NCBI GenBank assembly: GCA_026770705.1
Contig: JANJGN010000323.1
Span: 124,001 to 188,000 of the forward strand
Source: Isurus oxyrinchus
Taxonomy: Eukaryota
Direction: 5' to 3'
Length of the DNA stretch: 64,000 nucleotides
Shown here one piece after another: positions 24,668 to 36,400 of the stretch; the stretch's first letter is position 1; each line of letters opens with the position of its first letter. The notes beneath the pieces are model-generated. The model was given only the letters and a program-made list of their open reading frames with translations. It did not search any database and was not told the DNA's origin. The translations under genes were made by a program, and so were the position numbers.

Positions 24668-26349
24668 CTAGAGAACACACAGAAAGAAATCATCACTGGC
24701 TCTCCGCTTTCAATCTCTCACTCTGGCTGAACAATCAAGCTTCATATCACTGCAACATTTGCTGTAATATTGACCCATCCACTGGGATTCAATGTGGAAT
24801 GAATGTTTTCATTGTAAACACTCTAAGAGTGGACAATCGGAACTTTCCCCTTAGCGTGGAACATTGGTGAGAATGGATCATTGTGCTGTTGGACTCCCTG
24901 TCCAATGTTTCTCTCCATCGCTGTGTATAGGATTGTGCTGTAGAAAATTCTGGAAACGTTTAGTGCAGGGTGGAAATCCATCTCGGACGCGTGTGCGAAT
25001 CGGGCAGCATCGAGATGGACTCCCCCATGAACTTACACCCCCCGCTTAATAAACAGTTCCAATCTTTACCCAGAGAGAGGGGAGAATGTGGAACTCGCTC
25101 CCACAGGGAGTGGTTGAGGTGAACAGTATCGATGTATTTAAGGGGCAGGAGGGTCGGTAACCAGAGGGACACAGATTGACGAACCGGAGGGGGAGATGAG
25201 GAGAATTTGTTTTGACAGAGTGAGTTGCTGTGATCTGGAAGGCGCTGCCTGAAAGGGCAGTGGAAGCAGATTCAGTAGGAACTTTCAAAAGGGGAATTGG
25301 ATAAACACTTGAAGGAGGAAGATGGGGGCAAAGTGGAGTGGTGGTTAGTGGATCTGATTGGATAGAACATTGAAAGACCTGGCACAGGCACTATGGGCTG
25401 AATGGCCTCCTCCTGTGCTGTACCATTCTCCGCTTCCATGATCTCTCCCCCAGTCAGTAACGACTCCAGATCCCTCTTGAAGGTGACAGAGAATCAGCAA
25501 CCACCACACCCACTGACAGCACATTCCCGAGGATCACTACTCTCTGGGAAAAGATGAACTTGCCAACATCCAGCCTATTCCTGTTTCCCAGAGAGTGTAA
25601 ACCCTTCAGGGAGGCACTGAGGAAGTTTTCAATAAAATGACATCAAATCTACCGTTTGAGAAATAATTGAATTCTGATGAACTCACAGCTTGTGTAGCAA
25701 ACTGGGAAGTGGAGTTGCTTGAAAAGCTGGGAAACACAAGGATTAAGTGCTACAATGCCACCACTGGTAGGAGACTGTAACTACAGCGTGACGTTTACAT
25801 AGGCAGTCATCATTATAAACAGAGGCATTGGACATACTGGGAAATATGTGCACTGGAATGGTGAGTAAATGATGTAAGCTTTTCGCCAGCAGGAATTCTC
25901 TTCCTAAACCTCTCCACATCTCTCTTTTTCTCTGATACACAAACAAAGTCACACAGATTCAGATAAGGAGGATTTGGGACCGGTGATTGTTCGAAGGGTT
26001 AGCTTTCAGGAAGCTTCTTAAAGGGAGAGAGAGAGTTGGAGAGGCAGAGAGTATCTGTGAGAGCCTCTATGCATCTGAATGTCTGTAATAGACTTTAGAA
26101 TTTCCATATTCTGAGAGAGTGCTGCACTGTCGGAGGGTCAGTACTGAGGGAGTGCTGCACTGTCGGATGGTCATTACAGAGCATGTGTTGCACTATTGTA
26201 AGGTCAGTACTGAGGGAGATCTCCACTATTGGAGGGTGAGTACTGAGGCAGTGCTGCACTGTCAGAGGGACATTAATCAGGGAGTGCTGCACTGTTGGAG
26301 GATCAGTACTGAGGGAGTGCCGCACTGTTGAAGGGTCAGTATTAAGGTG

Positions 26350-26566
26350 CTGATTTACAAGACAGGACAATGGATTAGGAGCTCTCAGAACTGCCCCCAT
26401 GATTTCCAATCATTCCGTTACTTACCCAGGACCTGTCCGACTGCTCGCCTGGAGAGGAACTGCCCACACGCTCTGCTTGGGCTGAATGACCTCTTCCTGT
26501 GCTGCTCCCTATTTGTGTTTAATTAGAAAGGGTGGATGTGTCACTGTGAGTCAAAATGAGGAAGTG
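26350..26566 (-). pseudogene. Third copy of the 5' exon module joined to sequence from gene B's leader-V intron (deleted paralog remnant)
   Basis: 26426-26510 matches 43311-43395; TGAGTCA and GAGGAAGTG at 26547-26566; 26350-26400 matches 39860-39910. Confidence 0.6.
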
Positions 26567-26669
26567 CTTGGTACCAAGTGAGAAAGCAGCTCTTTGCCTC
26601 GCACTGTTAGAAAACTGTTAACCCTTTGCGTGCCAAGAATGTGGTTGAAGGGCCATTGACTGTTCACAT

Positions 26670-28960
26670 GCAACAAGCTCGAGGGGCTGAATGGGCCTCC
26701 TCCTGTTCCTGTGTAACAGGCTCGAGGGGCTGAATGAGCCCCCACCTGTTCCTGTGCAATGGGCTTGATGGGGCTGAATGGCCTCCTCCTATTCCTGTGT
26801 AACAGGCTCAAGGGCGCTAAATGGGTATCCTCCTGTCGCAGTGTGACATGATTGTGTGGCTGATTATGCCTCCTCCTGTTCCTGTGTAACAGTTTTTGGC
26901 AGGGCTGAATGTGCCTCCTCCTGTTCCTGTGTAACAGGCTCGAGGGGCTGAATGGACCTCCCCCTGTCCTTGTGTAACAGGCTCGAGTGTCCGGATTGGC
27001 CTCCTCCTGTTCCTGTGTAACAGGCTCGAGGGGCTGAATGGGCGTCCTCCTATCCCTGGGTAATAAGCTCGAGGGGCTGAATGGGCCTCCTCCTTTTCCT
27101 GTGCAACAGGCTCAGGGGGGCTGAATGGCCTCCTTCTCTCACTGTGTACCAGGCTCATGGGGCTGAGTGGGCCTCCTCCTGTTCCTGTGTAACAAGCTTG
27201 AGGGGGCTGAGTGGGCCTCCTCCTGTTCCTGTGTAACAGGCTCATGGGGCTGAGTGGGCCTCCTCCTGTTCCTGTGTTATAGGCTCGAGGGGCTGAGTGG
27301 GCCTCCTCCTGTTCCTGTGTAAAAGGCTAAAGGGGCTGAATTGGCCTTCCCCAGTTCCTGTGTACCAGGCTCGAGTACATTAGGAGCATCATTGGAAGCA
27401 GCATTTCACTTGCACTTCCCTCAATTTAATCTACTGCCTTCACTGCTCCCAATGTGGTCTCCTCTACATGGGACAGACCAAACACAGACTGGGTGATCGC
27501 TCTGATGAACACCTTTGGTCTGTCCGCAAGCATGACCCAGACCTCCCTGTCGCTTGCCATTTTAACACCCCACCCTGCTCTCATGCCCACATGTCCGTCC
27601 TTGGCCTGCTGCATTGTTCCAGTGAAGCCCAACACAAACTGGAGGAACAGCACCTCATCTTCCGACCTGGCACTTTACAGCCTTCCCGACTGAATATTGA
27701 GTTCAACAATTTCAGATCATGAACTCTCTCCTCCATCCCCACCCCCTTTCCAATCTCCCTTTTCCATTAATTTATCATTTTTAATATTTATTTTATTTAT
27801 ATATTTTTCTTTTCCCACCTATTTCCATTATTTTTAAATGTTTTACATCTGTTGTTGTATCTCTACCTTTTAGCCTATTTCAATCCTTTCCCCCCACCCC
27901 ACCCCCACTAGGACTATCTGTCTCTTGCTCGTCCTGCTTTCTACCCTTAATGTCCCCATTAGCACATTCCTCAGATAATATCACCACCGTCAACACCCCT
28001 TTGTCCTTTTGTCTATCACATCTTTGGCAACCTCTTCTTTACCTCCACCTATCACTGGCCCACAATCCAGCTCTACCTGTCCCACCCCCTCTACCAGCTA
28101 AAACGTCACCTCATTTCTCGATTCCCTTAGTTCTGATGAAGAGTCATACAGACCCAAAACGTCAAGTGTGTTCCTCTCCGCAGATCCTGTCAGACCTGCT
28201 GAGTTTTTCCAGCTATTTTTGTGTTTGTTCCCGTTCATGTGGAGCAGGCTTGAGTGGCTGAATGGAGCCCCTAATGTTCCTGTGTAACAAGCTTGTGGAG
28301 GCTGAATGGGCCTCCTCTTCCTGTGTAACAGGCTCGAGGGGACAGAATGGGCCTCCTCCTGTTCCTGTGTAACAGGCTCGAGGGGGCTGAATGGGCCTCC
28401 TCCTGTTCCTGTGTAACAGGCTCGAGGGGCTGAGAGTCTCTCCTGTTCCTGTGGAAGGGTGTTGAGGGACTGAATGTCCTCTTCCTGTTCCTGTGTAATA
28501 GGCTCATGAGGCTGATGGGCCTTCTCCTGTCCTCATGTAACAGGATTGAGTGGCTGAATGGGCCTCCTCCTGTTCCTGTGCAACAGGCTCGAGGGGCTGA
28601 ATGGGCCTCCTCCTGTTCCTGTGTAACAGGCTCATGGGGCTGAATGGGCCTCCTCCTGTTCCTGTGTAACAAGCTCGAGGGCCTGAATGGGCCTCCTCCT
28701 GTTCCTGTGTAACAGGCTCGAGGGGCTGAATGGGCCTCCTCCTGTTCCTGTGTAACAAGCTCGAGGGCCTGAATGGGCCTCCTCCTGTTCCTGTGTAACA
28801 GGCTCAAGGGGCTGAATGGGCCTCCTCCTGTTCCTGTGTAACAGGCTTGAGGGGCCGAATGGGCCTCCTCCTGTTCCTGTGTAACAGGCTTGAGGGGGCT
28901 GAATGGGGCCTCCTCCTGTTCCTGTGTAACAGGCTTGAGCTGCTGAATGTCCTCCTCTCA
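26670..28960. repeat. ~43-bp minisatellite arrays (26670-27375 and 28245-28960) split by a Penelope insertion; inverse copy at 10390-10770
   Basis: Unit CCTGTGTAACAGGCTCGAGGGGCTGAATGGGCCTCCTCCTGTT. Confidence 0.92.
27395..28230 (+). mobile_element. Penelope-like element fragment (GIY-YIG endonuclease end)
   Basis: CSQCGLLYMGQTKHRLGDRSDEHL, LNIEFNNF. Confidence 0.8.
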
Positions 28961-30288
28961 TTAAAAATAAATACTGCAGACGCTGTAAATCTAAATAAAA
29001 TCAGAAAATGCTGCATTAACTCAGCAGGTCTGGCAGCAGCTGTGGAGAGAGAAACAGAGTTTTTGCTTTGAGACTCTGAAGAAGGGTCATACGGACTCGA
29101 AATGTTAATTCTGTTTATCTCTGCACAGATGCTGCCAGACCTACTCAGTCTCCAGCATTTCTGTTTTTGTTTCAGGTGCCCTCTTGTTCCTGTGTAGCAG
29201 GTTCGAGGGGGCTGAATGACCTCCTCCTGTTCCGATTCAATGGGCAGTCAAAGCATGTGTCTGATTTTGGACATGGAACCCAATTCTGTCCTCAGGACAC
29301 TGATAGAGGGAGAGACCAGATACAGATCAATGCAGGAGGATTATTTATTTTCCCAATCTTTGATCCAAGCATCTCATCAAACACAGAGCGGAAACAGGAT
29401 CAAGGATGTTGGTCTCTGTAATCTGTAACACATCGCACAGTCCACCCATCCACTCAGCCTTCAGGATGGATGCTAATTGTACTCTCCAAGTGTGAAAGAC
29501 TAAAATGGTGGTTTATTGCAGCTCTGTCTCATTCTGTTATCAAAGCTGTCTCATCCATCCATGACATATTGAAGAAGGTAAACCTGCAACCAAATTTTCA
29601 CATCATAATTTCCTATGTTCATTGGCTATATCAATGTAAACATGTCACGTTGTACTGATGAACTCCCACCAGTGGTGGCACTGTAGCACATCTGTTATCC
29701 TCTGAGCTGCAGAGAATTTCTCAAATCTCCAATCAAATTGCTTCCCTGTTTCCCAGGTTGTTGTTCGTTTCGCTGTTTAACGATGAAGTGTAAAATCCAA
29801 ATATATTTCTGAAAATACTTTTGACTACAAAATGGTGAGTAAATTTTAACAATCTCCTCTGCTCCAATTATCCACCGATGCTGCATTTCCTGAAGTCTAC
29901 ACTGGCTGATGAATATTCTAAACACTGACAGACAGGAAGGTGAATAACAGAATGAAAATTAACTCATAATCATGGACACGGGATTGAATTTGTCCGTTCT
30001 GTCCTGGTACATCATCGAACGATATCTAAAGACATTTACAATCAGAATGGAGAGAAGGATGTTTCCAACAGTGAGGGACAAATCTGAAGGAGGATGTTCG
30101 AATGGAAACCCACAGACAATCATCCAGGATAGATCATTCCGAAGAAATTCCATCAGATTGTAACAAGAGGTTTAAATCTATTTCCTGGGAGTGAGTTCCT
30201 GTTGATATTAGGAAGGTAAATTGGAGTTTTGAATGATTCTCCCGTTCTGTATTCTCCCCACACTGTGTGTGTCTCATTCTTGCTCAGT

Positions 30289-30405
30289 TTATAAATTCCC
30301 ATAAACAGAATCCTTGGCAAAATCACAGTTTGCGTAAAGATCATCATCTGTATCAGGACTGACTCCGCGGTTAGATTTCATTTCCAGATCCTTCTCATCT
30401 TTCTT
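30289..30405 (-). CDS. Terminal cytoplasmic exon with LYANC and SVYGNL motifs
   Basis: ctgtttctattacag| KKDEKDLEMKSNRGVSPDTDDDLYANCDFAKDSVYGNL*; acidic residues precede the Tyr motifs. Confidence 0.75.
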   Translation of the reverse strand, partial: KKDEKDLEMKSNRGVSPDTDDDLYANCDFAKDSVYGNL

Positions 30406-33400
30406 CTGTAATAGAAACAGAAATGATCAGAGTGACAATCAGAGTGATCAGTGTTTAGTATTATTGATCCAAATCAAAAATTCCATCCACAATAGAGACA
30501 TTAATTATTGATACTGAACGGGGTTTGATTATTGATTCTGAACGGGGTTTGATTATTGATACTGAACTGGGTTTGATTATTGATCCTGAAAGGGGTTTGA
30601 TTATTGATTCTGAACAGGGTTTGATTATTGATTCTGAATGGGGTTTGATTATTGATCCTGAAAGGGGTTTGATTATTGATTCTGAACAGGGTTTGATTAT
30701 TGATTCTGAATGGGGTTTGATTATTGATACTGAACGGGGTATGATTATGGATTCTGAATGGGGTTTGATTATTGATTCTGAACGGGGTTTGATTATTGAT
30801 ACTGAACGGGGTGTGATTATTGATACTGAACGGGGTTTGATTATTGATACTGAACGGGGTTTGATTATTGATTCTGAAAGGGGTTTGATTATTGATTCTG
30901 AAAGGGGTTTGATTATGGATTCTGAACTGGGTTTGATTATTGATCCTGAACAGGGTTTGATTATTGATTCTGAAAGGGGTTTGATTATTGATACTGAACG
31001 GGGTTTGATTATTGATTCTGAACGGCGTTTGATTATTGATACTGAACGGGGTTTGATTATTGATTCTGAAAGGGGTTTGATTATTGATACTGAACGGGGT
31101 TTGATTATTGATTCTGAACGGCGTTTGATTATTGATACTGAACGGGGTTTGATTATTGATTCTAAAAGGTGTTTGATTATTGATTCTAAACGTTGTTTGA
31201 TTATTGAACCTGAATGAAGTTTGATTATTGATTCTGAACTGGGGTTGATTATTGATACTGAACGGGGTTTGATTTTAGATTCTAAACGGTGTTTGATTAT
31301 TGAATCTGAATGGAGTTTGATTATTGATACTGAACGGTGTTTGATTATTGATTCTGAACAGTGTTTGACTACTGATTCTCAAAGGGGGTTGATTATTGTT
31401 ACTGAACGGGGTTTGATTATTGATTCCGAACGGGGTTTGATTATTAATTCTGAACAGGGTTTGATTATTGATACTGAATGGTGTTTGATTATTGATTCTG
31501 AACGGGGTTTGATTATTGATACTGAACGGGGTTTGATTATTGATTCTAAACGGTGTTTGATTATTGAACCTGAACGGGGTTTGATTATTGATCCTGAATG
31601 GGGTTTGATTATTGATTCTGAACAGGGTTTGGTTATTGATTCTGAATGGGGTTTGATTATTGATCCTGAAAGGGATTTGATTATGGATTCTGAAAGGGGT
31701 TTGATTATTGATTCTGAACGGGGTTTGATTATTGATCCTGAACAGGGTTTGATTATTGATTCTGAACGGGGTTTGATTATTGATACTGAACGGGGTGTGA
31801 TTATTGATACTGAACGGGGTTTGATTATTGATACTGAACGGGGTTTGATTATTGATACTGAACGGGGTTTGATTATTGATTCTGAAAGGGGTTTGATTAT
31901 TGATTCTGAAAGGGGTTTGATTATGGGTTCTGAACGGGGTTTGATTATTGATCCTGAACAGGGTTTGAATATTGATCCTGAAAGGGGTTTGATTATGGAT
32001 TCTGAAAGCGGTTTGATTATGGATTCTGAATGGGGTTTGATTATTGATTCTGAAAGGGGTTTGATTATTGATTCTGAAAGGGGTTTGATTATTGATACTG
32101 AACGGGGTTTGATTATTGATTCTGAACGGCGTTTGATTATTGATACTGAACGGGGTTTGATTATTGATTCTGAACGGCGTTTGATTATTGATACTGAACG
32201 GGGTTTGATTATTGACATTGAACGGGGTTTGATTATTGATTCGAAATGGTGTTTGATTATTGATTCTAAACGTTGTTTGATTATTGAACCTGAATGGAGT
32301 TTGATTATTGATTCTGAACTGGGGTTGATTATTGATACTGAACGGGGTTTGATTATAGATTCTAAACGGTGTTTGATTATTGAATCTGAATGGAGTTTGA
32401 TTATTGATACTGAACGGTGTTTGATTATTGATTCTGAACAGTGTTTGATTACTGATTCTGAAAGGGGGTTGATTATTGATACTGAACGGGGTTTGATTAT
32501 TGATTCCGAACGGGGTTTGATTATTAATTCTGAACGGGGTTTGATTATTGATACTGAATGGTGTTTGATTATTGATTCTGAACGGGGTTTGATTATTGAT
32601 ACTGAACGGGGTTTGATTATTGATTCTAAATGGTGTTTGATTATTGAACCTGAACGGAGTTTGATTATTGATACTGAACGGGGTTTGATTATTAATTCTG
32701 AACGGGGTTTGATTATTGATACTGAATGGTGTTTGATTATTGATTCTGAATGGGGTTTGATTATTGATACTGAACGGGGTTTGATTATTAATTCTGAACG
32801 TGGTTTGATTATTGATTCTGAACGGGGTTTGATTATTGATTCTAAACGATGTTTGATTGTTGAACCTGAACGGAGTTTGATTATTGATTCTGAACAGTGT
32901 TTGATTATTGATTCTGAAAGGGGGTTGATTTTTGATACTGAACGGGGTTTGATTATTAATTCTGAACGGGGTTTGATTATTGATACTGAATGATGTTTGA
33001 TTATTGATTCTGAACGGGGTTTGATTATTGATACTGAACGGGGTTTGATTATTGATACTGAATGGGGTTTGATTATTGATTCTAAACGATGTTTGATTAT
33101 TGAACCTGAATGGGGTTTGATTATTGATTTTGAACGGGGTTTGATTATTGATACTGAACGGGGTTTGATTATTGATACTGAACGGGGTTTGATTATTGAT
33201 TCTGAACGGGGTTTGATTATTGATTCTGAATGGGGTTTGATTATTGATACTGAACGGGGTTTGATTATTGATACTGAACAGGGTTTGATTATTGATTCTG
33301 AACGGGGTTTGATTATTGATACTGAACGGGTTGTGGTTATTGATTCTGAACGGGGTTTGATTATTGATACTGAACGGGGTTTGATTATTGATACTGAACG

Positions 33401-36400
33401 GGGTTTGATTATTGATTCTGAACAGGGTTTGATTATTGATACTGAACGGGGTTTGATTATTGATACTGAACGAGGTTTGATTATTGATTCTGAACGGGGT
33501 TTGATTATTGATACTGAACGGGTTTTGATTATTGATTCTGAACGGTGTTGGGTGTGAGTTTGGTTGGGTTTGGGAGTGACTGTATAAAACATTGCGGATA
33601 CAGGACTGGAGCAGCCATATCAATAACCAGGCTACTGGAGCAGCTGAGAGGCTGGGGATCCTGTGGTGTGTGACACAACTGATTCCTCAAAGCCCAACCA
33701 CGTTCACAGTTTTCATAAAGAGGACCTCGATATTCATCAACACGGTAGTATGATTTGATTCCTGCTTTCCCCTCGCCTCTCTTCTGGAATAGAGATGGAA
33801 ATGGACAGAGTGACAATCACAATGATGTGTATTCGGTGTTGGGTTTGATTATTGGGGAGAGAGTTCCAGATTTCCACTCCCCTTTGTGTGAAGAAGTGCT
33901 TCCTGACATCACCCCTGAATGGCCTGGCTCCAATCTGAAGTTCCAGCCCCCTTGTTCTGGACTCCACCCGACCCCCACCACCCACCCCCACCCGAGGGAA
34001 TAGCTTCTCTCTATCGACCCTATCGAGTGTTTAATCAGTTTGAACCCCTCAATTAGATCACTCCTTAATCTTCTAGACCCGAGGGAATATAATCGTAGAC
34101 TGTGTGTAACCTGTCTGCATAATTTAACCAGAAAGATGTTCTGTCCAACAAACCTAAGCCTCACACCCAGATCTCAATAATCAGTAGAAATCTTTCAAAG
34201 GTATCAATCATTGGAATCTGTCTTTATAAAGTCACAACATCAACAAAGGATGGTGTTGGTGGTGGAAGTGAATTCCAATCGTTCTGTTACTTACCCAGTA
34301 CCTGTCCGACTGCTCGCCTGGGGAGGAACTGCCCACACGCTCTGCTTGGGCTGAATGACCTCTTCCTGTGCTGCTCCCTCTGTGTATTTAATGAGAAAGG
34401 GTTGATGTGTCTCTGTGAGTCAAATCAGGAATTGGGGAACAATTGTGAAAACCGTTTCACTGAAACGTAGGGCCTTAGTGTTGTGTTGTAAGCAAACTGT
34501 TAACCCTTTGTGTCCTGACTCTGTGACGTGATTCCTGTGTAAAGCTGAGCTGTTGGTGAGCGAGTTTCAATTCACTGCTCACTCCAGATGTTGAGGTGGA
34601 TCTTCTGAAGGAGCAGATGTTGCTCAGCGCTCCTTAAAAATGTGAGATACTGAACAATGTGTAAGAGGACGAGAGAGAGAATGAGAAGGAGAGCATTAGT
34701 GGAGATAAGAGAGAGTGAATGAGAGAGAGAATGAGAAGGAGAGCATTAGTGGAGATAAGAGAGAGAGTGAATGAGAGAGAGAATGAGAAGGAGAGCATTA
34801 GTGGAGATAAGAGAGAGTGAATGAAACATGGAAAAAGGAAAGAGATTGCATTCACTAACAAAAGAAAAGTTTTCATTTATATAGCACCTTTCACATCCTC
34901 AGGAGGTCACAAGGTATCTTATGGTGCGGGTCAACACTGCCAGTTACAGGACTGAGTTGTGAAACATTGAGTGTTGGATGAGATGTTAAACAGTATGTGA
35001 AAATCAAAACTCTTCAGGGGCTGTGAAGGGTTTTGGGTTGTGAAAGGTGCTATAGAAATGCAAGTTCTTTCTATAAGGAGAGAAGTTTGAAGAAAAAATG
35101 TTTGAAATCAACCAATTAAACCTTCACACTTACTTTCTCACACACTTGAAGATGAAGAATCCACTCAGTCCAACACTCAAACAGATTCCAGCTCCAAGCA
35201 ATCCTGCTTTCCATTCATTGGAATCTCGCCCTGTAAAATCAGCCAATGAATGACTCCGGTACAGTTTGAGAATGGTTCCCTATGTACATGTAGTAATTCT
35301 GAACTTGTGAAGTGATATTGTCTATGCATGAAAGGTCTATACAAATAACATTTATCTATGTAATATTTATTGATAATATCCATGTACATGCAGGTTTCTA
35401 TAAGGAGGATTCACATATAACAGAGGTGCCAAGCTGCTGAGGTGACACACAGGAATACATACACGCCAAACAGCGGAAACAACATGCTATAGACAGAGCA
35501 AAGCGATCCCACAACCAACGGGTCAGATCTAAGCTCTGCAGTCCTGCCACATCCAGTCATGAATGGTGATGGACAATTAAAGATCTAACAGGAGGAGGAT
35601 GTTCCACAAATATCCCCATCCTTAACGATGGGGGAGCTCAGCACATCAGTGCAAACGACAAGGCTGAAGCATTGGCAACCATGTTCAGCCAGAAGTGCTG
35701 AGTGGATGCTCCATCTCGGCCTCCTCCAGAGGGTCCCAGCATCACAGATGTCAGCTTTCAGACAATTCAATTGACTCCACGTGACATCAGGAATCAGCTG
35801 ATGATACTGGATACAGCAAAGGCTAATGGCCCTGGCAACAACCCGGCAACAGGAAATAATGTGGCTACAAGAGCGGGTAAGAGGCTGGGAACTCTGCGGT
35901 GAGTAATTCAACTCCTGACCCCCCAAAGCCTGTCCACCATCGGACAAGGCACAAGTCAGGAGTGTGATGGAATAATCTCCAATTGCCTGAATAAGTGCAG
36001 CTCCAACAACACTCAAGAAGCTCGACACCATCCAGGAGCAGCTTGTTTGATCGACAGCCCATCCACCAGCATAAACATTCATACCCTCCACCACTGGCAC
36101 ACAATGGCCGCAGTGTGCACCATCTACAAAATGTGCTGCAGCAACTCACCAAGGCTCCTTCGACAGCACCTTCCAAACCCTTAACCTCTTCCACCAAGAC
36201 AGTTCCAAGTCAGTGTGGTGTGTGACTTGGAGGCGAACTTGTGGTGTTGGTCTTCCATGAGATTTGGAAATATATCGGCCGTACCTTCACCGTCGCTGGG
36301 ACAAAATCATGGAACTCCCTCCCTAACAGCACAGTGGGTGTACCTACACCACATGGACTGCAGTAGTTAAAGAAGGCAGCTCACCACCACCTTCTCAAGG

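Noticed and set aside
26551-29016. ACYTGTGGGPFSP / SLLHRNRRRP ORFs (also 10025-10945)
   Set aside because: Translations of the 43-bp minisatellite.
30502-33545. CRISPR-like array
   Set aside because: Head-to-tail units with no unique spacers, no cas genes, and eukaryotic context.
30525-33623. Long ORFs of 590, 737 and 782 aa on both strands
   Set aside because: By-product of a 24-bp unit (a multiple of 3) that is stop-free in several frames; no unique domain.
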